Assembly: GCA_963761335.1 (NCBI GenBank) | Contig: CAVXGR010000018.1 | Span: forward strand, 960,001-1,024,000 | Length of the DNA: 64,000 nucleotides | Source: an uncultured delta proteobacterium | GTDB lineage: Bacteria; Desulfobacterota; Binatia; HRBIN30; BPIQ01 | Direction: 5' to 3' | Shown here: piece after piece, positions 19,029 to 28,884 of the stretch | Layout: the number at the start of each line of letters is the position of its first letter | Numbering within the stretch: the first letter of the stretch is position 1 | Notes under the pieces: generated by a model | Told to the model about the DNA's origin: nothing | Database searches by the model: none | What the model saw: only the letters and a program-made list of their open reading frames with translations | Made by a program: the position numbers and the translations under genes

Positions 19029-20296
19029 GGCGCGGCACTCTCCACCGCGACGGGGACATGGGTGCCGATCGGCGTCGACTTGCCGCGCACCGGCAGCATC
19101 TCTGCGGGAGTGAAGTGAAGGTCGCCGGCGACGCGCCGGCGGGTCTCGTCGGAGACCAGCACTCCGACGCCATGCACCTTGGTCAGCTGCTCGATGCGCG
19201 CTGCGACGTTCACCGTGTCGCCGATGGCGGTGTACTCGCGCCGCCGCGGGGCGCCGATGTCGCCGAGAATGACGCGGCCGGAGTGGATGCCGATGCCCAT
19301 GCGCAGCTCCGCCTCGCCGCGCGCCCGGCGGGTGACATTGAGCCGCGAGAGCTGCTCCTGCATCGCCAGGGCGCAGCGCACGGCGCGCTCGGCGTGATCC
19401 GGCTGCGGCAGCGGTGCGCCGAAGTACGCCATGAGTCCGTCCCCCATGTACTTGTCGAGTGTGCCTCCGTGGGCGAAGAGCTGGTCGACCATGCCGCTGA
19501 GAAACTCGTTGAGGGTCTCCACCACCATACGCGGCTCCAGCTTTTCCGCCAGAGCGGTGAAGTCGCGGATGTCGGCGAAGAGCACGGTGACCTCGCGGCT
19601 CTCGCCGACCTCCAGCGCCGAGTCGCCGCCGGTCTCGAGAAGGGCGGCGATCTGCGGTGAGAAGTAGCGACCGAGGCGATCGCGGCGCAGCTGCTCGCGG
19701 GCGACGCTCTCGACCAGGCGCACGGTGCGGCCGCGAGCGTAGAGGCTGATGGCAGTGAAGAAGATGAGCCCGAGCGCTCCCTGGGCGATGATGGACGGGT
19801 AATTGACGTGCTCCCAGTAGATCAGCGCCGTCTGCAGGACGATGCCGACGCCGGCGGCGAGGCGGATCTGCGCCGTGTCCAGTGACAGTGAGGTGAGAAG
19901 GATCAGCACGCCAAAATAGATCGGTGAGAAGACGACCATGGTGGCGGCGTCGCTGTCCGCCCCGGCCGCGTGCAGGTCGCGGGCGAGATTCAGGATCATC
20001 AGGCTCACCATCGGCATGTCGATCAGGGGGATGGCGAGCGCTGCGACGCGGGCCCAGAAGCGCGAGCTCCAGGCGCCGATGAGGAGCACGACGGCGATGG
20101 CGACGTAGATGCCGAGAGGGGCGAGCGGCCCGGCGATGAAATTCGGTACGAAGAACCGAAAGGCGAGGATGAGCAGTGCCACGTTCACCAGACCGGCGAG
20201 GCGGAAGACGGCGATCTGGCGGCCATTGCGCCGCTGCTCCGCGATCAACGCGGCGGCAAAGGCGCTGCGACCCTGCTCGGTGGCGGCTGGCGTCAC
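19025..20296 (-). CDS. Membrane-bound class III adenylate/guanylate cyclase
   Basis: Multi-TM N-terminus; [32 protein letters not shown]. Confidence 0.9.
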   Translation of the reverse strand: MTPAATEQGRSAFAAALIAEQRRNGRQIAVFRLAGLVNVALLILAFRFFVPNFIAGPLAPLGIYVAIAVVLLIGAWSSRFWARVAALAIPLIDMPMVSLMILNLARDLHAAGADSDAATMVVFSPIYFGVLILLTSLSLDTAQIRLAAGVGIVLQTALIYWEHVNYPSIIAQGALGLIFFTAISLYARGRTVRLVESVAREQLRRDRLGRYFSPQIAALLETGGDSALEVGESREVTVLFADIRDFTALAEKLEPRMVVETLNEFLSGMVDQLFAHGGTLDKYMGDGLMAYFGAPLPQPDHAERAVRCALAMQEQLSRLNVTRRARGEAELRMGIGIHSGRVILGDIGAPRRREYTAIGDTVNVAARIEQLTKVHGVGVLVSDETRRRVAGDLHFTPAEMLPVRGKSTPIGTHVPVAVESAAP

Positions 20297-20620
20297 GTTC
20301 GACCCACTCGCGGCGAAAGCTATGCAGAGCCGCGCCGGGGACGCAAGCTCGACGGCGGCTCGGGCAGTGTCCCAAATTCCCCCGACGCGGATGCTGACGA
20401 GGGCGATTGGCTGTCTTCCGGTCGCTGCGGGCGTGGGCTTCCTCTCCCGCAGGCAATGCGGGAGAGGAGACCCAGTGTGTGGCGCCGGAAACGGTCGCAG
20501 ACGTCAAATTGGGACACTACCGCGGCACTCGGGTGATGTCCCGGTACTGCCGATCGGCCTCGCCCTCCCCATTCGGAGATCTTCGTGGCACACTGGCGCT
20601 TTCCGCAAAGAGGAGGGGAG

Positions 20621-21604
20621 ATGTCCGAACCTACGGAGCTGAAGCTGATCCGCTGGGAAACGCTGAGCAAGCGGCGGTTCGATCAGATCGACCGCGAGCG
20701 CGCCGTCGTGCTGGTGACCTGCTCACCGCTCGAGGTGCACGGGCCGCACCTGCCGCTGGGCGCCGACGCACTGGAGGGAGAAGGGCTGGCGGAGCGCACC
20801 CTCGAGTTCCTTCCCGAGCGCCACCGCGACCGCGCCTTCGTGAAGCTTCCCTTCATCTATACGGCGACGGACACCGTGCCACATCCGGGCTCGCTGTTCT
20901 TTCGGCCCTCCACCACCATCCGCGTCCTCGAGGACCTCGGCCGCTCGCTGGCGGCGCAGGGTTTTCGCAACGTGCTGGTCTCCAACTTTCACGGTAGCCC
21001 GCGGCACTTCCTCGCCATCGAGACCGCCTGCGACCGCGTCAGCCGCGAGCGCAAGATCAACATGGTGTGCATCTTCTCGGTGATGTTGAGCCGTCTCACT
21101 GGTGGCAGCTCGGAGCTCTACGAGGTGCTCGGTGCCCTGCCGGGAGTGCGCCGCGAGGATCTCGTCGGCGACACGCACGGCGGCCTGGTGGAGACCTCGC
21201 AGCTTCTCGCCCTTCACCCGGAATGGGTGGAGCGCGATTACGCCAGCCTGCCGCGGCGTACCATCGACGGCTGGCTGGCCGAGCGCGGCGAGGCGCCGCC
21301 CGAGGGCGAGCGGGGCAAACCGGCGGGAATTCTCACCATGATCAAGGCGTTTCAGGCAGGGCTGCGCTTCTTCCGCGCCGAGACCTATGCGGGAGCGCCC
21401 GGATCGGCGTCGGCGGAGCTGGGAAACCACTTCCTCGAGACGCTGGCATCGCGCACGGCCGAGGCCGTCGCCGAGATCCTCGACGGCACCCTGGCGCCCG
21501 CGGACTGTCATTCGCCTCTGTGGAACCGACGCTTTCTCTTCGTCAACCCGTGGATGGTGCGCTTCTTCAATCGCTGGCTGCGCATTCCCGAGGGCGTTGC
21601 CTGA
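20621..21604 (+). CDS. Creatininase / creatinine amidohydrolase family protein
   Basis: EVHGPHLPLGAD, NFHG, DTHGGLVETS; AGGAGG RBS. Confidence 0.85.
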   Translation: MSEPTELKLIRWETLSKRRFDQIDRERAVVLVTCSPLEVHGPHLPLGADALEGEGLAERTLEFLPERHRDRAFVKLPFIYTATDTVPHPGSLFFRPSTTIRVLEDLGRSLAAQGFRNVLVSNFHGSPRHFLAIETACDRVSRERKINMVCIFSVMLSRLTGGSSELYEVLGALPGVRREDLVGDTHGGLVETSQLLALHPEWVERDYASLPRRTIDGWLAERGEAPPEGERGKPAGILTMIKAFQAGLRFFRAETYAGAPGSASAELGNHFLETLASRTAEAVAEILDGTLAPADCHSPLWNRRFLFVNPWMVRFFNRWLRIPEGVA

Positions 21605-21664
21605 GCCGCGCCTGGGAGCGCGGCCATCTTGGCCGCAGTCTCACGGCGTCCGCGAGGGCGGCGA

Positions 21665-22786
21665 CTACGGCTGGCTCTCCAGATAGGTATCGAGGATCTT
21701 CGGCCAGCGGTCGGACTGCACGATCGCCAGCAGCGTCTGGTTGATCGGCTCGGCCAGGGGGCTTCCCGTCGGCAGAGCGATCGCGTACTCCTGCCGCTCG
21801 AGAGTGAAGGGGAGCACCCGCAACGCGTCTCTCGACTCGCGGGCGATCTGGTATCGCAGGATCGGTTCATCGTAGACGGTCGCGTCGGCGGCGCCCGAGG
21901 CCACGGCCCGCAGCGCTGCGTCGACGTCGGGGTAACCGTGGCTGCGGATGTGGTGCTGTCGCAGATAGCCGAAGCTGGTGCTGCCGGGCACAGTGGCCAC
22001 CCGGGCGCTGGCGAGATCTTCCGGGCGCCGGATCGCCGACTGCAGCTGCGACACCGTCAGGGTCGAGGCGATCGCTGCAGTGAATCCCGAGATGGTGATG
22101 ATGCTGGCGAACATCCACAGAAGTGCCACCAGCCGGCCGCCGACGGTGATCGGGGCCTTGTCGCCGTAGCCCACCGTCGTCATGGTCACCGCCGACCACC
22201 AGAAGCCGGAGCCGATGCCGCGAATCGCCCCGCCGCCGAAATGCTGCGGATTGCGGCGCCGTTCGAACAGCCACACGGCGAGACCGGCGATCAGCAGGAC
22301 GATCGCCAGGGCTGCGGCCGCCTGAAAGAACTGCCAGGAGAAGAGCTGGAGCAGGGCGGTGCGCCAGCGGCTCTCGCCGCGCAACACGGCGACCCCGAGC
22401 CCGGAGGTGTAGAACGCGTGGCTGAAGTCGAACTCGCGTTCGCGCTCGGCGGTCATGGTGAGGGCCGCGACCACGGCATCGAGGGAGCCGTCGCGCAGCC
22501 CGTCGAGAAGCTCCGGCAGGTCGCGCTCCTCGAAATCGTAGTCGAGGTTCAGATCGGAGGCGATCTGGCGCCAGAGATCGATGCTGATCCCCTGCCAGGA
22601 GCCATCCTCGCCCTTGAAGGAGAACGGCGGTGCCTCCTTGGTGCCGATGTGCAGGCGCTTCGCCGGCGGCGTCTGTGCCGCGACTGCTGCGGAGGCCATG
22701 GCGATACAGAGGAGGAAAACGGCGGCGGGCTTCAGCAGTGAGGAAAGCGCGCCGCGCCGTGCACGACTTCGTTCCGCTCCTTGCAT
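21665..22786 (-). CDS. GluR0-like ligand-gated K+ channel (split substrate-binding domain + pore); start uncertain
   Basis: APPFS binding lobe, WWSAVTMTTVGYGD pore, second lobe VATVPGSTS. Confidence 0.85.
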   Translation of the reverse strand: MQGAERSRARRGALSSLLKPAAVFLLCIAMASAAVAAQTPPAKRLHIGTKEAPPFSFKGEDGSWQGISIDLWRQIASDLNLDYDFEERDLPELLDGLRDGSLDAVVAALTMTAEREREFDFSHAFYTSGLGVAVLRGESRWRTALLQLFSWQFFQAAAALAIVLLIAGLAVWLFERRRNPQHFGGGAIRGIGSGFWWSAVTMTTVGYGDKAPITVGGRLVALLWMFASIITISGFTAAIASTLTVSQLQSAIRRPEDLASARVATVPGSTSFGYLRQHHIRSHGYPDVDAALRAVASGAADATVYDEPILRYQIARESRDALRVLPFTLERQEYAIALPTGSPLAEPINQTLLAIVQSDRWPKILDTYLESQP

Positions 22787-22860
22787 GCTTCCGAGTCTAG
22801 GCACATCGACGGGTGCTTGCGAACCGATCGGCGATTGTGCCCGCAAAGCTGCGAGCGTGG

Positions 22861-22945
22861 GTTCCCTCTCCCGCATTGCCGGCGGGAGAGGGTCAGGGTG
22901 AGGGCGCCGATTAGTCCTCTCCCCGCGGAAATGCGGGGAGAGGAA
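22861..22945. repeat. REP-like palindromic repeat (CCCTCTCCC...GGGAGAGG...GGGTGAGGG family)
   Basis: Related copies at ~20440-20470, 38880-38995, 39610-39755, 40780-40895 and 51530-51648, all intergenic or at gene ends. Confidence 0.75.
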
Positions 22946-22993
22946 ACCCTTCCCCGGCTTGCCCTCGCGGCAGCGGCGTGTTCCTCTCACCGA

Positions 22994-25900
22994 ATGCGCA
23001 GAGAGCCGGAGAGCCCCCTGGCTCGCTTCTCGGCGGCGACGCGGTCGTGGTTCGAGTCCAGCTTCGACGTCCCCACCGCGGCGCAGACCGGCGCCTGGGC
23101 GGCGATTGCCTCGGGGCGCAGTGCCCTGGTTTCAGCGCCCACGGGCTCGGGCAAGACGCTGGCGGCGTTTCTCTGGGCTCTCGACCGCCTGGCGACGGAG
23201 CCGCGACGGGAGGATGGCGTTCGCGTTCTCTACATCTCGCCGCTGAAGGCGCTGGCCGTCGATATCGAGCGCAACCTGCGGGCGCCACTCGCCGGCATCC
23301 GCGCCGCCGCTATGCAGCTGGGGCTGCCGCCGCCCGAAATCTCCGTCGCCTTGCGCACCGGCGATACGCCGCAGCAGGAACGGCGGCGCTTCGGACGGCA
23401 GCCGGCGGACATCCTGATCACCACGCCGGAGTCGCTCTTCCTCCTGCTGACCTCGGCGGCGCGCGAGGCGCTGCGCCCGGTGCACACGGTGATCGTCGAC
23501 GAGGTGCACGCCGTCGCCGACAGCAAGCGCGGCACCCATCTCGCCCTCAGCCTGGAACGGCTCGACTGCCTGCTGCGGGTTCCGGCGCAGCGGGTGGGCC
23601 TGTCGGCCACGGTGCGGCCGCTCGAGGAGGTGGCGCGCTTCCTCGGCGGCGCCCACCCGGTGGAGATCGTCTCGGCTCCCGGCGCCAAGGCGCTGGACCT
23701 CTCGGTGGTGGTGCCGGTGGAGGACCTCGGCGCCCTGGCGCAGGCGTCGGCGCCCGGCGACTCGCCGGAGCGGCGGCACAGCATCTGGCCGCACGTCGAC
23801 GAGCGTCTGCTGGACCTGGTGCGCCAGCACCGCAGCACCATCATCTTCGCGAACTCGCGGCGCCTGGCGGAGCGGCTGTGCACGCGGCTCAACGATCTCG
23901 CCGGCGAGCCGGTGGCCCGCGCCCATCACGGCTCGGTCAGCCGCGAGCAGCGCGCCGGCATCGAGGACGCCCTGCGGCGCGGCGAGCTGCGCGCCGTGGT
24001 CGCCACCAGCTCGCTGGAGCTCGGCATCGACATGGGCGCCGTCGATCTGGTGGTGCAGGTGGAGACTCCGGACTCGGTGGCGACCGGGCTGCAGCGCGTC
24101 GGCCGCGCCGGCCACCAGGTGGGCGCCGTCAGCCGCGGTGTCTTCTTTCCGAAGCATCGCGCCGACCTGCTCGAATCGACCGTGGTCGTCGAGCGCATGC
24201 GCGCCGGCGCCATCGAGGAGATTCGCTTCCCGCGCAACCCGCTCGACGTGCTGGCGCAGCAGATCGTCGCCATGGTGGCCATGGACGAGTGGGTGGTCGA
24301 TGCCCTCGAGGAGGTGATCCGCCGCGCCGCTCCCTACGCCGAGCTGCCTCGCGCCGCGCTGGAAGGGGTGCTCGACATGCTGGCCGGCGGCTACCCGGCC
24401 GATCTGATTGCGGCGCTGCGGCCGCGCCTCAACTGGGATCGCGTCACCCAGCGCCTCACGCCGCGCGCCGGAGCGCAGGGGCTGGCGGTGACCTCGGGCG
24501 GCACCATTCCCGACCGCGGCCTCTACGGGGTCTTCCTCTCCGGTGAGCGCTCGACGCGCGTCGGCGAGCTGGACGAGGAGATGGTCTACGAGAGCCGCGT
24601 GGGGGAGGTGTTCGTTCTCGGCTCGTCGAGCTGGCGCATCGAGGACATCACCCACGATCGGGTTCTGGTTTCGCCGGCGCCCGGCCAGCCGGGGAAGATG
24701 CCGTTCTGGCATGGCGACGCACCGGGCCGACCTCTCGAGCTCGGGCGCGCTCTCGGCGCCTTCGTTCGCGAGCTCGGCGAGCGCCCTCCGGCGGCGCAGA
24801 TCGAGCGCCTGCGGAGCGCCGGTCTGGATGCGGCGGCCGCGGGCAACCTGGTGCGCTACCTCGCCGAGCAGCGCCAGGCGACTGGGGCTGTGCCCGACGA
24901 CGAGACCATCGTCGTCGAGCGCTTCCGCGACGCCGTCGGCGATTGGCGCGTCTGCGTGCACTCCTGGTTCGGAGCGCGCGTGCACGCTCCCTGGGCGCGG
25001 GCCATCGAAGCCCGCCTGCGCCATCGACTCGGTCTCGCCGTGCAGTCGATGTACACCGACGATGGGATCGTCCTGCGCATTCCCGAGGCCGACGATGCCC
25101 CGCTGGCCGAGGCGGTGGTCTTCGATGCGGAGGAGATCGAGGATCTGGTCACCGCCGAGATGGGCGACTCGTCGCTCTTCGCCAGCCGCTTTCGCGAGTG
25201 CGCCGGGCGGGCTCTGCTGCTACCGCGGCGCCGTCCGGGAGCGCGCGCGCCGCTCTGGCAGCAGCGACAGAAGAGCGCCATGCTTCTGCAGGTGGCCAGC
25301 CGCCATCCGTCCTTCCCCATCGTCCTCGAGACCTATCGCGAGTGTCTGCGGGACGTCTTCGATCTGCCGGCGTTGAAGGAGCTGTTGGCGGCGGTGCGCC
25401 GGGGAAGGGTGCACATGGTGCAGGCGGACACGCCGCTTCCCTCGCCGTTCGCCACCTCCTTGCAGCTCAGCTACGTGGGCTCGTTCATGTACGAGGGCGA
25501 CGCGCCTCTGGCGGAGCGGCGCGCCCAGGCGCTCTCCCTCGACCGCTCCTTGCTGGCGGAGCTGATGGGCCGGGCCGAGCTCCGCGACCTCCTCGACGCC
25601 AAAGCTGTTGCGGAGGTGGAGGCCCAGCTGCAGCATCTCGACCCGGAGCGCCGCGCCGGCGACGCCGATGCGCTGCACGACCTGCTGCGCACCGTGGGCG
25701 ATCTCTCCGCGGCGGAGGTCGCGGCGAGAGCCGGAGACGCGGCGGCGACGACGGCGGAGTGGTGCGAGCAGCTGCGCCGCTCGCACCGGGCGCTGCGCTT
25801 GCGCATTGCGGGGGAGGAGCGATGGATCGCCATCGAGGACGCCGCCCGCTACCGCGATGCGATCGGCGCCGTCATTCCACCGGGAGTGCCGGCGGCGTTT

Positions 25901-27415
25901 CTGCAACCCGTCGAGCAGCCGGTTCGCGATCTTCTGGCGCGCTTCGCGCGCAGTCGCGGGCCGTTTACCGCCAGCGAGGTGGGCCTGCGTTTCGGCTTGG
26001 AGACCTCCGCCGTCGACGCGGCACTTCACACTCTCGAGGTCGAGGGCCGCGTGCTCGAGGGGGAGTTTCGTCCGCGGGGGCGGGGACGCGAATGGGTCGA
26101 CGCCGAGATTCTGCGCCGCCTGCGCCGCCGCTCGCTTGCGGCTCTGCGCCGCGAGATCGAGCCGGCGCCCGCCGAGGCCCTGGCGCGTTTTTCTCTTGCC
26201 TGGCACGGCGTCGGCGAGGCGCGCCGATGGGCCGGTGCGGATCGACTGCTGCGCGTGATCGAGCAGCTGCAGGGTGCGGCCATTCCCGCTTCGGCGCTGG
26301 AGACACAGGTGCTGCCCGCGCGTCTGCCCGACTACTCGCCGGCGCTTCTCGATCAGCTCGGCGCCTCGGGAGAGCTGGTGTGGTGCGGCGCCGGGGCTCT
26401 CGGCGCCAATGACGGCTGGCTGGTCGTGGCGCTCGCCGACAAGGCGTCTCTGCTTCTTCCCGAGCCGCTGGAGACCGAGCTGTCGCCTCTGTCGCAGCGG
26501 GTACTCGAGGCTCTCTCGCAGCGCGGCGCTGTCTTCTTCCGCCAGCTCGCCGACGGCGTCGATGCCGCGAGCGACGCCGAGCTGCTGCTGGCCCTCTGGG
26601 ATCTGGTGTGGGCGGGTCGGGTGACCAACGACACCATGGCGCCGCTGCGGGCCCTGCGCTCGAGAGGTCTGCCGCGACGTGCGAGCGCCGCGATGGCGCC
26701 GCGCCGGGATCTCCGCCGGCGCGCCCCGCGTCTGAGCCGCACCGGGCCCCCGGCCGCTGCCGGCCGCTGGAGCACCGTGTCGCAACGGCACGGCGAACCG
26801 ACACGCCGCTTGCACGCGGCGGCGGAGCAGCTTCTTCTGCGCCACGGTATCGTTACCCGCGGCGTCGTGCAGGCAGAGCGTACGCCGGGCGGCTTCGCCG
26901 GCGTGTATGCGCTTCTCAAGGCCTTCGAGGAGGCCGGCCGCTGCCGGCGCGGGTACTTCGTCGACGGCCTCGGGGGCGCGCAGTTCGCCCATCAGACGGC
27001 CGTCGACCGCATGCGCGCTTTCATCGAGCCCGGCAGCGGCGTGCCGGCAGTGTGCGTGCTCGCCGCCGCCGATCCGGGGAACCCCTACGGCGCAGCGCTC
27101 GCCTGGCCCGAGCGCGGCGCCCTGGACGCCGGGCATCGGCCGGGCCGCAAGGCCGGGGCCTTCGTCGTGCTCGTGGACGGGCGCCTGGTGCTCTACGTGG
27201 AGCGCGGCGGGCGCACGCTGCTGTCGTTCAGCGAAGAGATGGCCTCCGTCGAGAGCGCCGCCCGGGCGCTCGCCGAAGCGGCCCGGCACGGAATGCTGGG
27301 GCATCTTCAGGTGCGGCGCGCCGACGGTCTGGCGGTCGGCGACTCGTTGCTGGCGCGGGCCCTGGAGCAGGCCGGCTTCTTCGCGACACCCTGGGGCATG
27401 CGCGTGCGCGCCTGA
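22994..27415 (+). CDS. lhr: Lhr-family ATP-dependent SF2 helicase (full-length with C-terminal domain)
   Basis: APTGSGKT, ISPLKAL, DEVH, LSAT, HHGS, LELGID, QRVGRAGH, GELDEEMVYE, RGYFVDGLGGAQF. Confidence 0.92.
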   Translation: MRREPESPLARFSAATRSWFESSFDVPTAAQTGAWAAIASGRSALVSAPTGSGKTLAAFLWALDRLATEPRREDGVRVLYISPLKALAVDIERNLRAPLAGIRAAAMQLGLPPPEISVALRTGDTPQQERRRFGRQPADILITTPESLFLLLTSAAREALRPVHTVIVDEVHAVADSKRGTHLALSLERLDCLLRVPAQRVGLSATVRPLEEVARFLGGAHPVEIVSAPGAKALDLSVVVPVEDLGALAQASAPGDSPERRHSIWPHVDERLLDLVRQHRSTIIFANSRRLAERLCTRLNDLAGEPVARAHHGSVSREQRAGIEDALRRGELRAVVATSSLELGIDMGAVDLVVQVETPDSVATGLQRVGRAGHQVGAVSRGVFFPKHRADLLESTVVVERMRAGAIEEIRFPRNPLDVLAQQIVAMVAMDEWVVDALEEVIRRAAPYAELPRAALEGVLDMLAGGYPADLIAALRPRLNWDRVTQRLTPRAGAQGLAVTSGGTIPDRGLYGVFLSGERSTRVGELDEEMVYESRVGEVFVLGSSSWRIEDITHDRVLVSPAPGQPGKMPFWHGDAPGRPLELGRALGAFVRELGERPPAAQIERLRSAGLDAAAAGNLVRYLAEQRQATGAVPDDETIVVERFRDAVGDWRVCVHSWFGARVHAPWARAIEARLRHRLGLAVQSMYTDDGIVLRIPEADDAPLAEAVVFDAEEIEDLVTAEMGDSSLFASRFRECAGRALLLPRRRPGARAPLWQQRQKSAMLLQVASRHPSFPIVLETYRECLRDVFDLPALKELLAAVRRGRVHMVQADTPLPSPFATSLQLSYVGSFMYEGDAPLAERRAQALSLDRSLLAELMGRAELRDLLDAKAVAEVEAQLQHLDPERRAGDADALHDLLRTVGDLSAAEVAARAGDAAATTAEWCEQLRRSHRALRLRIAGEERWIAIEDAARYRDAIGAVIPPGVPAAFLQPVEQPVRDLLARFARSRGPFTASEVGLRFGLETSAVDAALHTLEVEGRVLEGEFRPRGRGREWVDAEILRRLRRRSLAALRREIEPAPAEALARFSLAWHGVGEARRWAGADRLLRVIEQLQGAAIPASALETQVLPARLPDYSPALLDQLGASGELVWCGAGALGANDGWLVVALADKASLLLPEPLETELSPLSQRVLEALSQRGAVFFRQLADGVDAASDAELLLALWDLVWAGRVTNDTMAPLRALRSRGLPRRASAAMAPRRDLRRRAPRLSRTGPPAAAGRWSTVSQRHGEPTRRLHAAAEQLLLRHGIVTRGVVQAERTPGGFAGVYALLKAFEEAGRCRRGYFVDGLGGAQFAHQTAVDRMRAFIEPGSGVPAVCVLAAADPGNPYGAALAWPERGALDAGHRPGRKAGAFVVLVDGRLVLYVERGGRTLLSFSEEMASVESAARALAEAARHGMLGHLQVRRADGLAVGDSLLARALEQAGFFATPWGMRVRA

Positions 27416-27457
27416 AAAATCTAGACGGAGGGCTCGCTCTCCATTGCCACCCCGGAC

Positions 27458-27539
27458 GACGGCCGCCCCGGGGCCTCCCCCCTCTTGCTTTCAGGAGGAC
27501 AGCCCGCGACAACTCTCTCCGGATCCACCATGTCTCTGC
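27458..27539 (+). promoter_or_regulatory. Duplicated promoter/leader, copy 1
   Basis: Near-identical to 35527-35609; TTGCTT-17 nt-GACAAC, then ATGTCTCTG. Confidence 0.65.
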
Positions 27540-28861
27540 CGCGGAGTCGCAAGCCATCAGCCAAGCCTTCGGCGCCACGGCGCTCTGCAGGCCGCGGTCG
27601 CCGTGCCCTGCCCACCATGCCGGCGCCACGTGCGAAGGCGGTCGCCGGCACCTTTGCGGAGATCGTGAAGACGCTCCTCGGGCCCGCGCCGGTTGGCCAC
27701 GTCGGCTTCGGTCATGCCCCTCTGGCTCACCGGGAATACGATGCCGAGCTCGCCGTCAAAGAGGAAGCGTTGGGGCGCTTTTGGAAGGAAAACGGGCTCG
27801 CTGGCGAGCCGGCTCCCCTGGTCGCTTCGCCGCGGCCACGCGGCTATCGAACCACGTCGAAGCGACGGGTAGGAATCCGCAACGGCAAGGTGTGTCTGTT
27901 CCTCGGTGATCAAGCCCCGGACCGCCGGTCGGTGGACTTTTTGGCCTCGCCCCTGGAGCCCCCCGAGCACGCGACCATCTACCGCGCCCTGACTCGAGTG
28001 CTGAACGAGTCGCCGTTTCGAAGACTCGCGACGCACCTCAATTTTGCCATCCTGCGGGGCAGCTACACCGAGCGGGCCCTGGTCCTCAGCGTCGACGCCC
28101 TGAGCCGCCCGATCGTTGTCGAGATCAAGGCGCTCGCCGAGAACCTCCGACAGCTGGCGCTCTCGGCGGTCTTTGTGTACCTGGATCCAACTCGATCCGA
28201 CTACCACTTCGAGGGTCGGCGACCCGACGCGCCCGTGACCTTCAAGCGCATCTACGGGCCCGACCATCTGACCGCCAGATTCTGCGGCCATCGGTACAGC
28301 TACCACCCGACGTCGTTCTGTCAGGTGAACGAGTCGATAGTCCCACTGCTGCTGGCACAGGCGCGCGACCTGCTCAGCCCGGATGGGAACGAGACCTTGC
28401 TGGACCTCTATTGCGGCTTCGGTCTGTTCACACACTACCTCGCCCCCTTCTACCGGTCCGCGCTCGGCGTTGATGCGGAGGGCGCCTCGATCCGCTGCGC
28501 GGTTGCCAACAGTCGACAGAATCCGGCTGCCGCCGGAAAAAAGTTCGTCGCTGCCCGCATCACCCCTGACTTCGTCAGCCGCTTGCTTCCGCGCCCGCGC
28601 GGGCGAGAGGTCGTGCTGCTCGATCCTCCTCGCAACGGGCCTCAACCCGGGGTCATCGCGGCGCTCGGTCGTCGCTCGCCGACCAAAGTCCTGCACGTGT
28701 TTTGTGACGTCGACCAGATTCCCATTGCGATGCGGCAGTGGCAGAAGGCCGGCTACGGCGTTCGCCGCGTCGTACCGCTCGACATGTTCCCCGGTTCGGC
28801 CAATCTGGAGGTTCTCGTCCTGCTCGCCGCATCGTTCGGCGGGGCCAACAGCCGAGGCTGA
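27530..28861 (+). CDS. RNA m5U methyltransferase, RlmD/TrmA family
   Basis: SFCQVN, LDLYCGFG, LDPPRNG, VFCD, DMFP...LE. Confidence 0.85.
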   Translation: MSLPRSRKPSAKPSAPRRSAGRGRRALPTMPAPRAKAVAGTFAEIVKTLLGPAPVGHVGFGHAPLAHREYDAELAVKEEALGRFWKENGLAGEPAPLVASPRPRGYRTTSKRRVGIRNGKVCLFLGDQAPDRRSVDFLASPLEPPEHATIYRALTRVLNESPFRRLATHLNFAILRGSYTERALVLSVDALSRPIVVEIKALAENLRQLALSAVFVYLDPTRSDYHFEGRRPDAPVTFKRIYGPDHLTARFCGHRYSYHPTSFCQVNESIVPLLLAQARDLLSPDGNETLLDLYCGFGLFTHYLAPFYRSALGVDAEGASIRCAVANSRQNPAAAGKKFVAARITPDFVSRLLPRPRGREVVLLDPPRNGPQPGVIAALGRRSPTKVLHVFCDVDQIPIAMRQWQKAGYGVRRVVPLDMFPGSANLEVLVLLAASFGGANSRG

Positions 28862-28884
28862 GCTTCGCCACCGTAAGCGTCCCC

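Noticed and set aside
18120..20507. 795-aa cyclase-channel fusion
   Set aside because: The upstream part is an off-frame shadow of the cyclase; the genes are separate with an ATGA overlap
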